The translations under genes were made by a program, and so were the position numbers. From positions 1 through 52,334 of the forward strand of contig DASVMV010000331.1 in the NCBI GenBank assembly GCA_036384155.1: a stretch of 52,334 nt of DNA, written 5' to 3'. Source of the DNA: Micromonosporaceae bacterium. GTDB taxonomy: Bacteria; Actinomycetota; Actinomycetes; Mycobacteriales; Micromonosporaceae. Under the pieces are notes generated by a model. The model was given only the letters and a program-made list of their open reading frames with translations. It had not been told where the DNA came from and did no database searches. This document shows positions 42,713 to 52,309 of this stretch, piece after piece (the first letter of the stretch is position 1; each line of letters begins with the position of its first letter).

Positions 42713-43732
42713 ATGACCAAAACCCGGTGCGCTGTCGACCGTATCCGGCGCCTTGAATGGTCCGACGGGGATAACGACTGTCGCGGATGGTCGGGGCTCA
42801 CTACCGTTCCGGCCGTGGACGACACGCGATGGCGCGATCCCGAGTGGTTGGCCGGGGTGTACGACTGGGTCGACCGCCGGCTCGACCAGGCGGGCCTTGT
42901 CCGCACCGGTTCGACCGAGCAGCCGCACGTCTATCCCTGGTCGACGGTGCTGCGCGTCCCGACGGACCGGGGCAGTGTCTGGTTCAAGGCCAACGCTGAC
43001 CACCTGCGGCACGAGGCCGCCCTCGTCGAGCGGATCGCCGCCCGCCGCCCCAATGCGGTGCCGCCGCTGCTGGCCGCCGACACCACCACCGGTTGGATGC
43101 TCATGGCCGATGCCGGAGAGTCGTTGCGCGCGATCGCGCCGCGCGAGCAGAGCCTCGACCGTTGGTACGACGTCCTGCCGCTTTACGCCACCGTCCAGCT
43201 CGATCTCGCCGACGACGTGGGCGAACTGCTGGCACTCGGCGTACCCGATATGCGGCTTGCCACCCTGCCCAAGGCCTACGAACGGCTCATGACCGAGATC
43301 GGTGCGGACCAACGCTTCCGCGCCGCGGCACCCATGGTGTCCGACCTGTGCGACGAGCTCGCGGCGTACGGGTTACCCGAGTTGCTGCAGCACGACGACC
43401 TGCACGATGGCCAGGTATTCGTGCGCGACGGCCGATACCTGCTGATGGACTGGGCGGACGCCTGCATCTCGCACCCGTTCTTCACGCTGTCCGTGACGCT
43501 CGAGGGCGGGTTGGCCTGGGGCCTGGACGACGTCGAGAACTCCGTCGACACCGCGCCGTTCCGCGACGCCTACCTCGCGCCGTATGCGGAGCGGTTCGAC
43601 TACGACCTGGTGGCCGCGACCACGGTGGCGCTGCGCTTGGGCTGGGCCTGTCGCGCGGTCAACGGCCACGTGCCCGGCGACGACCAGCGCACGCTCGCCC
43701 GGTTGCGGATGTTCCTCGACGGGCGGCCGTGA
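42713..43732 (+). CDS. Phosphotransferase-family (APH-like kinase) protein
   Basis: LQHDDLHDGQVFVRDGRYLLMDWADACISHPFF gives the catalytic loop and DxD region of the APH/choline-kinase fold. The start is uncertain. Confidence 0.7.
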   Translation: MTKTRCAVDRIRRLEWSDGDNDCRGWSGLTTVPAVDDTRWRDPEWLAGVYDWVDRRLDQAGLVRTGSTEQPHVYPWSTVLRVPTDRGSVWFKANADHLRHEAALVERIAARRPNAVPPLLAADTTTGWMLMADAGESLRAIAPREQSLDRWYDVLPLYATVQLDLADDVGELLALGVPDMRLATLPKAYERLMTEIGADQRFRAAAPMVSDLCDELAAYGLPELLQHDDLHDGQVFVRDGRYLLMDWADACISHPFFTLSVTLEGGLAWGLDDVENSVDTAPFRDAYLAPYAERFDYDLVAATTVALRLGWACRAVNGHVPGDDQRTLARLRMFLDGRP

Positions 43733-43757
43733 CGGCGCTTCCTTGCTCGGTCGGTGT

Positions 43758-44573
43758 TCATGCGCTGGTGGTATGCCGGTACCGGATCACCGCCGCCGGG
43801 ACGGCGACCGCGAGCAGCCCGCCGATCCACGCCACGGCCTGCCACACCTCGGTGGCGGTGGGCCCGCCGAGGCACAGCACACGCAGGGCGTCGACGGTCG
43901 CGGTGATCGGGTTGACGTGGGCGAACGCTTGCAGCCAGCCAGGGAAGGTGGCGACCGGCACGAACGTGGAACTGGTGAAGACGAGGGGGATCACGGCGAG
44001 TAGGCCGCCGATGCCGGCCGACTCCGAGTCACGCACCAGCAGCCCGAGCAGCGCGAAGATCCACGAGAACGCCACCCCGGTCAGCATGGCCAGCCCGATT
44101 GCGGCCAGCGCGGCGGCCAGGCCGGCGTGGAACCGGAAGCCGATCGCGTACGCCACCGCGGTCATCAAGGCCAGGACGAACAGGTTGCGTGCCGCGTCGC
44201 CAGCGGTGCGGCCGGCCAACACGGCCGAGCGGGCCATGGGCAGCGCCCGGAACCGGTCGATCATCCCGGTGGACAGATCGTCGGCGATCGCAACCCCGGT
44301 TTGGGAGGCGCCGAACGCGATCGCCAGGACCCAGATTCCCGGCAGGGCATAGTCGATGTAGCGGTCCACACCGGGCGGGTGGACCGCTCCGCCCCAGGCG
44401 TAGGTGAACAACAGCACGAACATGATCGGCTGGGCAGTGGCGAACGCAATCAACGTCGGTACCCGCACCAGGCGGTGCAGATTGCGACCGGTCACGGTGG
44501 CCACATTGGACAGCCACCAGCCCGGTCCGGTCATCGGCGACCGGTCAAACGGCATAACCCTGGTGGTGGTCAT
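43758..44573 (-). CDS. ABC-2 type transporter permease
   Basis: 271-aa polytopic protein (…FATAQPIMFVLLFTYAWGG…) with an ATGA overlap with the ATPase gene. Confidence 0.85.
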   Translation of the reverse strand: MTTTRVMPFDRSPMTGPGWWLSNVATVTGRNLHRLVRVPTLIAFATAQPIMFVLLFTYAWGGAVHPPGVDRYIDYALPGIWVLAIAFGASQTGVAIADDLSTGMIDRFRALPMARSAVLAGRTAGDAARNLFVLALMTAVAYAIGFRFHAGLAAALAAIGLAMLTGVAFSWIFALLGLLVRDSESAGIGGLLAVIPLVFTSSTFVPVATFPGWLQAFAHVNPITATVDALRVLCLGGPTATEVWQAVAWIGGLLAVAVPAAVIRYRHTTSA

Positions 44574-45553
44574 CGCCGACTCCCCATGGTCGTAACGTCG
44601 CCTGGAGACGGTGTGGCGGACTGACCGGTCAGGGTGAGGAACACGTCGTCGAGGCTGGGGCGGCGCACTGCCAGGTCCGTGACGCGCAGGCCGGTGCTGG
44701 CGAGTCGCGCCGCGAGCTCGGGCAGCACCCCTGGCCCGTCGGCAACCGGGAGCACCACGCTCAGCTCGTCGGGGCGGATAGCGGGTTCGCCGGTGCCGAG
44801 GCCGGCCAGTGCGGCTGCCAGCATTCGGGGGTCCGTGTCCGGCGCCGGCCGTAGTTCCAGCCGGTCGCCGCCGACCTGGGTCTTGAGCTGCTCGGCGGTG
44901 CCGGCCGCGATCACCCGGCCATGGTCGAGCACGACGATGGCGTCGGCGAGCCGGTCGGCTTCCTCCAGATACTGGGTGGTGAGCAGCACAGTCGTGCCTT
45001 CGTCGGTGAGCTGGGCGATCAGCCGCCACAGCCCCCGCCGGCCGCGCGGGTCGAGGCCGGTGGTGGGCTCGTCGAGGAACAACACCGCCGGCTGGGTGAC
45101 CAGGCTCGCGGCCACGTCCAGCCGGCGGCGCATTCCGCCGGAGTAGGTACGCGCGGTGCGGTCGGCTGCCGCCGTCAGGTCGAACTCGTCCAGCAGCTGG
45201 TCGGCCCTTCGCCGCGCCGCCCGGCGGTCAAGACCCGACAGCCGCCCGATCATGCGCAGGTTTTCCCGGCCGGTCAGGTAACCATCGACGGCGGCGTACT
45301 GTCCGGATAGGCCGATCACCCGCCGCACCGCGGCCGACTGCGTGGCCACGTCTCGCCCGAGCACGCTCGCCCGGCCACCGTCCGGCGGCAGCAACGTCGC
45401 CAGGATCCGCACCATGGTGGTCTTCCCGGCGCCGTTGGGGCCCAGCAGCCCCAACACGGTGCCCGCCGGAACCGCGACATCCACGCCGGCCAGCGCGGTC
45501 ACGGCGCCGAAGCGTTTGACCAGCGCATCGACCACGATCGCCGGCACGTCCAC
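44570..45553 (-). CDS. ABC transporter ATP-binding protein (DrrA-like)
   Basis: Walker A GPNGAGKTT, signature YSGGMRRRL and Walker B LFLDEPTTGLD, with a C-terminal extension. Confidence 0.9.
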   Translation of the reverse strand: MDVPAIVVDALVKRFGAVTALAGVDVAVPAGTVLGLLGPNGAGKTTMVRILATLLPPDGGRASVLGRDVATQSAAVRRVIGLSGQYAAVDGYLTGRENLRMIGRLSGLDRRAARRRADQLLDEFDLTAAADRTARTYSGGMRRRLDVAASLVTQPAVLFLDEPTTGLDPRGRRGLWRLIAQLTDEGTTVLLTTQYLEEADRLADAIVVLDHGRVIAAGTAEQLKTQVGGDRLELRPAPDTDPRMLAAALAGLGTGEPAIRPDELSVVLPVADGPGVLPELAARLASTGLRVTDLAVRRPSLDDVFLTLTGQSATPSPGDVTTMGSRR

Positions 45554-45577
45554 CGGGACCTCCCAGATAGCTAGGAT

Positions 45578-45612
45578 TCCTACGTATGGTTCCGGACAGT
45601 AGCATACCTACC
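45578..45612. promoter_or_regulatory. Candidate PadR operator in the divergent ABC/PadR intergenic region
   Basis: The imperfect inverted repeat cctacGTATGg-N14-gCATACctac lies in a locally AT-richer segment between 45553 (ABC ATPase start) and 45637 (padR start). Confidence 0.3.
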
Positions 45613-45636
45613 CATGGAAGCGATAGGCTGTGGCTC

Positions 45637-45981
45637 ATGAAGGCCGAGGCTCAGGCGCTCAAAGGTCACCTCGACGGGCTGCTGCTGGCCACCCTGGAGG
45701 ACGGGCCCCGGCACGGCTACGCGGTCAAGGAAGCCCTACGCGACGGTAGCGGAGGCCGGTTCGACCTGCCCACCGGGACGATCTACCCGGCCCTGCACCG
45801 CCTCGAAGACTCCGGCCTGATCGCCGGATCATGGTCCACGGTGGACGGCCGGCGGCGACGCACCTACCGTCTCACCGCCGAAGGGCTCCGGCGGCTGCAC
45901 GCCGACCGCAGCAATTGGCACGCTTTCGCCGCCGCCATCACCGCCCTGCTGGAGCGCCGGCCATGGCCAGCCACCCGCTGA
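45637..45981 (+). CDS. PadR-family transcriptional regulator
   Basis: LLLATLEDGPRHGYAVKEAL...GTIYPALHRLEDSGLI...RRRTYRLT. Confidence 0.85.
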   Translation: MKAEAQALKGHLDGLLLATLEDGPRHGYAVKEALRDGSGGRFDLPTGTIYPALHRLEDSGLIAGSWSTVDGRRRRTYRLTAEGLRRLHADRSNWHAFAAAITALLERRPWPATR

Positions 45982-46538
45982 TCGACTCCTACCTCGCCGG
46001 CCTGGCCACCCGGTTGCCCGCCGACTCCGTCGACGAGCTCGCCGACGGCCTGATCGAAACCTGGCAGCACCACCTCGCGCGCGGTCTCACGCCCACTGCC
46101 GCGGCCCGGACGGCCATCGCCGAGTTCGGCACCCCCCACCGCATCGTCGACGAGTTCGTCGCCCAAGCACCTGGCCGCCGAACCGCCCGGCTCCTGCTGG
46201 CCACCGGCCCGGTGGTAGGCGGCTGCTGGGGCGCCAGCCTCATCGCCGGCAAAGTGTGGACCTGGCCGATCCAGCCGCTGCTCGCGGCCGCCTACGCGCT
46301 GGCGCTCCTCGCCGTCGTTCTCACGCTCTTGGCCGCCGGAACCACCCGGCACAGCTATCGCCGTACCCGCCTCGGCACGATTGGCGCACTCACCCTCGTC
46401 GTTCTCGACGCCGCCATGATCACCGCCGTTGCGGTACTGACACCGCTGTTCGCGTGGCCGATGGCCGTGGCGATCCCGGCCAGCCTCGCCCGCATCGGCC
46501 TGACCATTCAGGCGCTGCCGAAGCCGCGCACCGGCTGA
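45963..46538 (+). CDS. Membrane protein commonly paired with PadR regulators
   Basis: The N-terminus LIDSYLAGLATRLPADSVDELADGLIETWQHHL is followed by several TM helices. It overlaps padR by 19 nt. Confidence 0.65.
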   Translation: MASHPLIDSYLAGLATRLPADSVDELADGLIETWQHHLARGLTPTAAARTAIAEFGTPHRIVDEFVAQAPGRRTARLLLATGPVVGGCWGASLIAGKVWTWPIQPLLAAAYALALLAVVLTLLAAGTTRHSYRRTRLGTIGALTLVVLDAAMITAVAVLTPLFAWPMAVAIPASLARIGLTIQALPKPRTG

Positions 46539-46567
46539 CCGCACCGGCACGTCGAAAGCCGTCCGCG

Positions 46568-46736
46568 GCGATCACCGCCAACTGCGCCACGGAGCCCGGG
46601 CGTGTTCTCCCGCAGCTTCCGTGCCGCCTTTGGCGAGACGCCTTGCAGCTACCTGATGACCCGCCGGATCGAGCGTGCCAAGGCACTGCTGCGTCGGGGC
46701 GAGATGACGGCCGCCGTGCGGCGTATGCGGAGCTGA
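46568..46736 (+). pseudogene. AraC-family HTH fragment (frameshifted remnant)
   Basis: ...VFSRSFRAAFGETPCSYLMTRRIERAKALLRRGEMTAAV... runs to a TGA at 46734-46736. The preceding AAITANCATEPG segment is in a different frame. No sensor domain or start codon is present. Confidence 0.45.
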
Positions 46737-46766
46737 TCCGGGAGCACAAGCAGGCTCGGTGATCGG

Positions 46767-47630
46767 TCATCCGGTGCGCGGCGCACGTCCCGGGTCGTCG
46801 ATCGCCTCCCGCCACGAGTGTTGGGGCACCCAGTCGAGTTCCTCCCGGGCCCGGTCGATGGCGAGCAGCGTGCCGAACTCACCGACGTCGCGGATGAGTT
46901 CGACACCGGGGAACTGGTCGCGAAGCAGCTCGGCCGATGGTTGCGGCATCACCGTGTCGGCCGCCGCGATGATGTACGCCCGGGCGCCCGTTACCTGGGC
47001 ATCGAGCGCGTGTCGGCACGCGGTCGCGACGTCGCGGACGTCGATATAGCCCCACAGGTTCCAGCGCCGCTCGGCCACATCATTCCAGGCGGCGGAGGGC
47101 AGGAGGGCGTACTCCTCCGTCATGAAGATGTTGGAGAACCGCAGGGCCACGAACGGTATGCCCGACCACTCCGAGATGTGACCGGCCATTGTCTCACCGA
47201 CCACCTTGGACAGAGCGTACGTCGACGTCGGCACCGGGTAGTGGTCCTCGTCCACCGGCGCGTACCGGGGTGGTGTCTCGAAGGGCAGGCCCAGCGTGGT
47301 CTCGCTGGACGCCCAGACCACGCGCCACAGCCCGAGCTGGGCGGCGGCGAGGAAGACGTTCGAGTTCATCGCGGTGTTGGCGGTCAGGGTGACCGCGGGC
47401 GTGCGCAGCCCCGGTGCGGGGATGTTCGCGAGGTGCACGACGGCGTCGACCCCGTGCAGCACCTCGACGGTCTGCCCGTAGTCGGTCAGGTCCGCCTGCA
47501 GCAGCGGCACACCGAGATCCGCCGGCGCGGGCGCCACATCGGTTGCCCGCACGTCGTAGCCGTGGGCCAGCAGGTCGGCAACCGTGGCGCGGCCGGCGGT
47601 GCCGCTCGCGCCGGTGACGCAGATTCGCAT
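46767..47630 (-). CDS. NAD-dependent epimerase/dehydratase family protein
   Basis: MRICVTGASGTAGRA (GxxGxxG), YALSKVVGE (YxxxK), 287 aa. Confidence 0.85.
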   Translation of the reverse strand: MRICVTGASGTAGRATVADLLAHGYDVRATDVAPAPADLGVPLLQADLTDYGQTVEVLHGVDAVVHLANIPAPGLRTPAVTLTANTAMNSNVFLAAAQLGLWRVVWASSETTLGLPFETPPRYAPVDEDHYPVPTSTYALSKVVGETMAGHISEWSGIPFVALRFSNIFMTEEYALLPSAAWNDVAERRWNLWGYIDVRDVATACRHALDAQVTGARAYIIAAADTVMPQPSAELLRDQFPGVELIRDVGEFGTLLAIDRAREELDWVPQHSWREAIDDPGRAPRTG

Positions 47631-48111
47631 GCTCTTACCTCGCAGACGTTCGTACGGGATGGTCGAGGAGTTCCAGCGCCAGCCGGGACAGCTGTCGCGG
47701 CTGGGGTTATGGCGTCATCAGGTCCGCGTTGGCGCTAGCCACACAGGCGAGCATCACGGCAGCAGAGAGGTCTCCGGAGATCTGCTCGTACTCATTTCCC
47801 CATTCACCGGCATCACGGTAGCGCAGTTAGGGGACAGTCAGGACAAGCGGAATCTTGGCGAGCCGCAGGGGGAACTCGCCGGCCCACCGGGCGCCGTGAG
47901 CTCGCCGAACGGCGCGGGAGACCACCACCTGCGCCCAGCGCCCCTCCCCGGGCAGCGGCGCGAACACGTCGCGGCGGACGGCGACGGCGCCTCGGACGCG
48001 GGCCAGTCGGCATACCGCCGACGGTAGGACGCAAGCCGACCGCGGGAGGCGGGAAACCGCGCCCTGCGCGGCGCTGCCCACGGCGCTCCGGCTGCACTGA
48101 ATCACCTCCGC

Positions 48112-48309
48112 GTGCCGGCCCTGGCCTCCGGACTGCTGTTCCTGGTCTTCCTGCCCGGCATCCTGCGGCAGGGCCGAGCCACGTATCTGGCCACGGCCGG
48201 CCAGGACCAGCAGCCGTACCTCGGGCGATGGCTCGCGATCAGCGTCGCGTTCTTCGTCGCCAGCGGAGTGGCGTACGCCGCCAGGATCATTCTGCGCCGG
48301 CACACCTGA
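48112..48309 (+). CDS. Small hydrophobic protein (two predicted TM segments), hypothetical
   Basis: 65 codons with strongly GC-biased third positions: LASGLLFLVFLPGIL ... WLAISVAFFVASGVAYAARIIL. GTG start. No recognisable family. Confidence 0.4.
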   Translation: MPALASGLLFLVFLPGILRQGRATYLATAGQDQQPYLGRWLAISVAFFVASGVAYAARIILRRHT

Positions 48310-48473
48310 GGCGGAACGCTCATCCGGCCCCTTTAGGCTATTGCGCCGACCGGCAGTGAACGCAATGGTTCTCCCAATGATCCATGCCGCCCGGGGTTCG
48401 CGACAACTGTGCCGTTCTCTCCCGGCGCGCATCGAAGCTCGCCGAGCTCGCCGAGAAGGAATGGAGAGCCCCC

Positions 48474-50270
48474 ATGCCGCTCAGTAGGAGAGCCGTACTC
48501 GCGGGAATGCTCGGCGGCGCCACGACCGCCGCCCTCGGGGCGACCCAGTTCCCGTCCCGCCGGGCTTTTGCACTGCCCGCACCGTCCAGCGCCGGCACCA
48601 CGCTCGAGCAGACGATCGTGCGCGGTACGCCAGGCTCCGGCGGCTACGCGACACTGCGGCTCGCCGAAGGCGAGTCGTTCCTCGTCCGTGCCGACCTCGG
48701 CGGGATTCCGCGGCAGCGGGCGGGCTTCACCGGCCGGGTGTTGACCTGCTTTGCGCAACTGACCGACGTGCACGTGCTGGACGCCCAGTCGCCCGGCCGG
48801 TTCGAGTTCTTCGACAGGTACGGCAGCCTGCCCGGTCTGAGCGACCTGGGCAGCGCGTACCGCCCGCAGGAGTTGTTCAGCGCCCAGGTGGGCGACGCCA
48901 TGATCCGGCAGGTGCGCCAGGTGCACGCCGGTCCGTTCACCGGCGCGCCGGTGCGGTTTGCGGTCGTCACCGGTGACAACACGGACAACTGCCAGCACAA
49001 CGAGCTGCGCTGGTACATCGACCTGCTCGACGGTGCTGTGATCCGGCCCGACTCCGGCGACCCGACTCGTTACGAGGGCGTGGCCGACGATGTCGCGCCG
49101 GATCCGTACTACTGGCACCCCGAGACCGGGTTCGGCCAGGCAACCTCGGCTTACGGGTTTCCGGTCGTACCCGGCCTGCTCGACGCGGCGCGCGCTCAGT
49201 TCCAGGCGGCCGGGATCGGCCTGCCGTGGTATTCCGTCTACGGCAACCACGACGGCCTGGTCCAGGGCAACGTGCCGGCGACGCCGCTGCTGCAACAACT
49301 GGCCACCGGTCCGCTGAAGCTGACCAGCCTGCCGCTGTCGATCCTCGCGGCGCCGATCCCGGCGCAGATCCAGTTCATCGTCGGGCTGCTCGCCCAGGAC
49401 CCGGCCGCGGTTGCCCTGATGCTCTCCTCCGGCGGGCGCCGTTTCGTCACCCCCGACCCCGATCGGCGGATCGTCGACCGGGCCACCACCGTGGCCGAGC
49501 ACTTCACCACGACCGGCACGCCGGTCGGGCACGGCTTCACCCAGAAGAACGTCGCGAACGCGACCGCGTACTACACCTTCGACGCCGGGTTGGTGCGCGG
49601 CATCGTCCTGGACACGGTGAACAGCGCGGGCGGCCCCAACGGGTCGCTGGATCCGGTGCAGTACGCGTGGCTGGAGGAGCAGCTCCAGGCGGCGAGCAGC
49701 CGCTGGCTCGCTCCGTCCGGTGAGGTGGTGACCCGGCCCGGCCGCGCCGACAAATACGTGGCGATCTTCAGTCACCACACGATCGGCAGCATGGACAACG
49801 TGCCGGCAGGTAGTGACCGGGTCCGGGGCGAGGAGCTGCGCGAGCTGCTGCTGCGGTACCCCAACGTCATTCTCTGGGTCAACGGGCACACCCACCGGAA
49901 CCAGATACTCCCCCACGCGCGCCCGGCGGGTGCCGCCGTCAGCGGCGGCTTCTGGGAGGTCAACACCGCCGCCCACATCGACTGGCCCGAACAGTCCCGC
50001 ATCATCGAACTGGTCGACAACCTCGACGGCACACTCTCCGCGTTCTGCACCGTCGTCGACCACGCCGGCCCGGTCGCCGCAGGCGGGCTCTCGGGCACCA
50101 CCGCACTCGCCGCGCTCTCCCGGGAGCTGTCCGCCAACGACTGGCAGGGCCGGGGTGACTTCCGGCGCGGTGCGGTGTCCGACCGGAACGTCGAGCTGCT
50201 CATCCCGTCGCCGCTCCAGCCCGTCAATGCCGGGCTAGCTGTGGCCAGCGGGTCGCTCGTGCGAGCCTGA
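48474..50270 (+). CDS. Tat-signal metallophosphoesterase (actinobacterial TIGR03767-like)
   Basis: The ATG at 48474 follows GGAG. Twin-arginine-type signal [22 protein letters not shown]. Metallophosphoesterase motifs [15 protein letters not shown] and NGHTHRN. Confidence 0.8.
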   Translation: MPLSRRAVLAGMLGGATTAALGATQFPSRRAFALPAPSSAGTTLEQTIVRGTPGSGGYATLRLAEGESFLVRADLGGIPRQRAGFTGRVLTCFAQLTDVHVLDAQSPGRFEFFDRYGSLPGLSDLGSAYRPQELFSAQVGDAMIRQVRQVHAGPFTGAPVRFAVVTGDNTDNCQHNELRWYIDLLDGAVIRPDSGDPTRYEGVADDVAPDPYYWHPETGFGQATSAYGFPVVPGLLDAARAQFQAAGIGLPWYSVYGNHDGLVQGNVPATPLLQQLATGPLKLTSLPLSILAAPIPAQIQFIVGLLAQDPAAVALMLSSGGRRFVTPDPDRRIVDRATTVAEHFTTTGTPVGHGFTQKNVANATAYYTFDAGLVRGIVLDTVNSAGGPNGSLDPVQYAWLEEQLQAASSRWLAPSGEVVTRPGRADKYVAIFSHHTIGSMDNVPAGSDRVRGEELRELLLRYPNVILWVNGHTHRNQILPHARPAGAAVSGGFWEVNTAAHIDWPEQSRIIELVDNLDGTLSAFCTVVDHAGPVAAGGLSGTTALAALSRELSANDWQGRGDFRRGAVSDRNVELLIPSPLQPVNAGLAVASGSLVRA

Positions 50271-50405
50271 GGAGGGTTCGCCCGACGCGGGAGTCCCCTG
50301 CGGCCATGAAACTGACGCTCACCCTGAGGCTCAGCGAGACCGGGCCGCATTCTTCTCGTCGCTGTAATCGATGACCCGCAACCGCTCGCCGCGACCACCG
50401 GCAGC

Positions 50406-50444
50406 CGATGCCCATGCTGGGACGAGGACCCAGCATGGGCATCG
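50406..50444. terminator. Perfect 16-bp stem / 7-nt loop hairpin between convergent genes
   Basis: CGATGCCCATGCTGGG (50406-50421), loop acgagga, then CCCAGCATGGGCATCG (50429-50444). It ends 6 nt before the permease stop codon (50451-50453). There is no U-tract. Confidence 0.5.
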
Positions 50445-50450
50445 CCGATC

Positions 50451-51287
50451 TCAGATCGAGCGCTGGTAGGTCCGGAAGGCGCGGGTGGCGAGGAACGACA
50501 GGACCGCGGCCACCGCGACCAGCAGCCCGAGCCGACTGCCGAGAACACCCCAGTCCGGACTACCGCTCAGCGCCTCGCGGCTGGCCACCACGGCCCAGTC
50601 CACCGGGTTGAACCTCGCGACCTGCCGTACCCAGGCCGGCGAGAGCCGGGTGTCCATAATTCCCGAGGACAGGAACTGCAGCGGCAGGACGATGAACTGG
50701 CTGATCCCGATCAGCGCCTCCTGCTGGCGGACCAGCAGGGCAACCGCGTTGGAGAACGACGCGATGATGATTGCGATCAGCGCGGCGGCAAGCAGCGTGG
50801 TCGCGATGCCGAGGCCGGCGCCGGCGAAGCGCGCCCCGGCGGCGTACGCGATTCCGAAGATCACCAGCGTCTGCAGCACCGTGGTGATCGCCTGGTAGGT
50901 GAGCGTCCCGGCGATCATGGAACCGCGGCGGACGGGAGAGGCGAGCAGCCGGTCCATCACCCCGCGGTTCATGTCCTCGATGTAGACCGTGCCGGACCAG
51001 CCGCTGTTGAACAGCGCGGTCATGACGATCACTCCGGGGGTGATGAACTCCAGGTACGAGCCGGTCGGCGCGAACCCGGGGATGTGGACCACGTTCTTGA
51101 ACAGCTGACCGAAGAGCAGCAGCCAGATGACCGGCTGGATCAGCAGGAACCCGAAGTACGCCGGCTGCCGGCTCAGCGTGCGCAGCAGACGCGCGGTCAG
51201 GAAGCCGGAGTGAGTGAATGCCCGAGCGAAGGCCGGAGCGCCCGTGGCGCGGGGGCCCGAGCGAAGCGGCAGGCTCTGCGTGGTCAC
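50451..51287 (-). CDS. ABC-2 type transporter permease
   Basis: 278-aa polytopic protein with a 4-nt overlap with the ATPase gene. Confidence 0.85.
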   Translation of the reverse strand: MTTQSLPLRSGPRATGAPAFARAFTHSGFLTARLLRTLSRQPAYFGFLLIQPVIWLLLFGQLFKNVVHIPGFAPTGSYLEFITPGVIVMTALFNSGWSGTVYIEDMNRGVMDRLLASPVRRGSMIAGTLTYQAITTVLQTLVIFGIAYAAGARFAGAGLGIATTLLAAALIAIIIASFSNAVALLVRQQEALIGISQFIVLPLQFLSSGIMDTRLSPAWVRQVARFNPVDWAVVASREALSGSPDWGVLGSRLGLLVAVAAVLSFLATRAFRTYQRSI

Positions 51288-52309
51288 TTGTCGTCCTCCT
51301 TGAAGGTGCGGCCGACGTGGCTGAGGTAGACGTCGTCGAGGGACGGACGGGCGACCGTTACCGAAGCCACGGGCACGCCGGCGTCGTCGAGTGCCGCGAG
51401 CACGGCAGGCACCGCGGCAGCGCCATGCTGGGCGCGGGCGATGAGACTTGGGCCCTCGACCGTCGGGTACGAGAGGCCGTCAAGGTTGCCAACCAGCGGC
51501 GCGGCCCGGCCGGCATCGCCCTTCTCCGCAAGCTCGACGTGCACCCGGTCGCCGCGCAGCGCGCTCTTCAGCTCGTCGGGTGACCCCTCGACGACGACCC
51601 GGCCGCGGTCGACGATCGCGAGTCGGTCGGCGAGGCGGTCGGCCTCTTCGAGGTAGTGCGTGGTGAGCAGTACCGTGGTTTGCTCACCGGTGCCTTCCCC
51701 GGACGCGAGCCGCTCGATCTCGATCCACATTTCGGCGCGCGCCTCCGGGTCCAGGCCGGTAGTGGGCTCGTCCAGGAAGAGCACGGCCGGTCGGTGCATC
51801 AGCCCGATCGCCACATCGAGCTTCCGCGCCATGCCGCCCGAGTAGGTACGGGCGAGCCGGTCACCGGCCTCCGCCAGCCGGAACCGCTCAAGCAGCTCGG
51901 CGGCGCGCTTGCGGGCATTCCGGCCGGACATGCCGTGCAGCCGGCCCGCCAGCACGAGGTTCTCCCGGCCGGTCGCCATCGGGTCGCTCGACGACTTCTG
52001 CGACACCAGGCCGATCGCGCGGCGTACCTGCTCCGCGCGGCGCGCGACGTCCAGCTCGGCGACTTCGGCGGTGCCCGAGTCGGGGCGGGACAGGGTGGTA
52101 AAGATCTTCACTGTCGTGGACTTGCCGGCCCCGTTCGGGCCGAGGAGGCCGAAGACGGTGCCCGAGGCGACCTCGACGGAGAGCCCGTCGAGCGCGCGGA
52201 CCGGCGGCTTGCCGGGGTACGTCTTGACCAGGTCGACGGCGCGTAACGCCACGGTAGTTGACAGCGCTCTCCGGACCGGAGAGCGCCACTCACGTGCGGT
52301 GGTGGACAT
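51284..52309 (-). CDS. ABC transporter ATP-binding protein (DrrA-like, with C-terminal domain)
   Basis: Walker A GPNGAGKST, signature YSGGMARKL, Walker B LFLDEPTTGLD. Confidence 0.9.
   Translation of the reverse strand: MSTTAREWRSPVRRALSTTVALRAVDLVKTYPGKPPVRALDGLSVEVASGTVFGLLGPNGAGKSTTVKIFTTLSRPDSGTAEVAELDVARRAEQVRRAIGLVSQKSSSDPMATGRENLVLAGRLHGMSGRNARKRAAELLERFRLAEAGDRLARTYSGGMARKLDVAIGLMHRPAVLFLDEPTTGLDPEARAEMWIEIERLASGEGTGEQTTVLLTTHYLEEADRLADRLAIVDRGRVVVEGSPDELKSALRGDRVHVELAEKGDAGRAAPLVGNLDGLSYPTVEGPSLIARAQHGAAAVPAVLAALDDAGVPVASVTVARPSLDDVYLSHVGRTFKEDDK

Noticed and set aside
43758-45553. The two ABC-2 transporter pairs (also 50451-52309) as exporters for the Pse-containing glycan
   Set aside because: Both are separated from the glycan locus by unrelated genes (ArsR-SRPBCC, toxin-antitoxin, kinase). 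One is paired with a PadR regulator. Both ATPases look DrrA-like rather than carrying a Wzt-type carbohydrate-binding extension. A link cannot be excluded but is unsupported.
48333-50063. 576-aa minus-strand ORF
   Set aside because: It is antisense to the metallophosphoesterase gene, which carries clear Tat-signal and metal-binding motifs.
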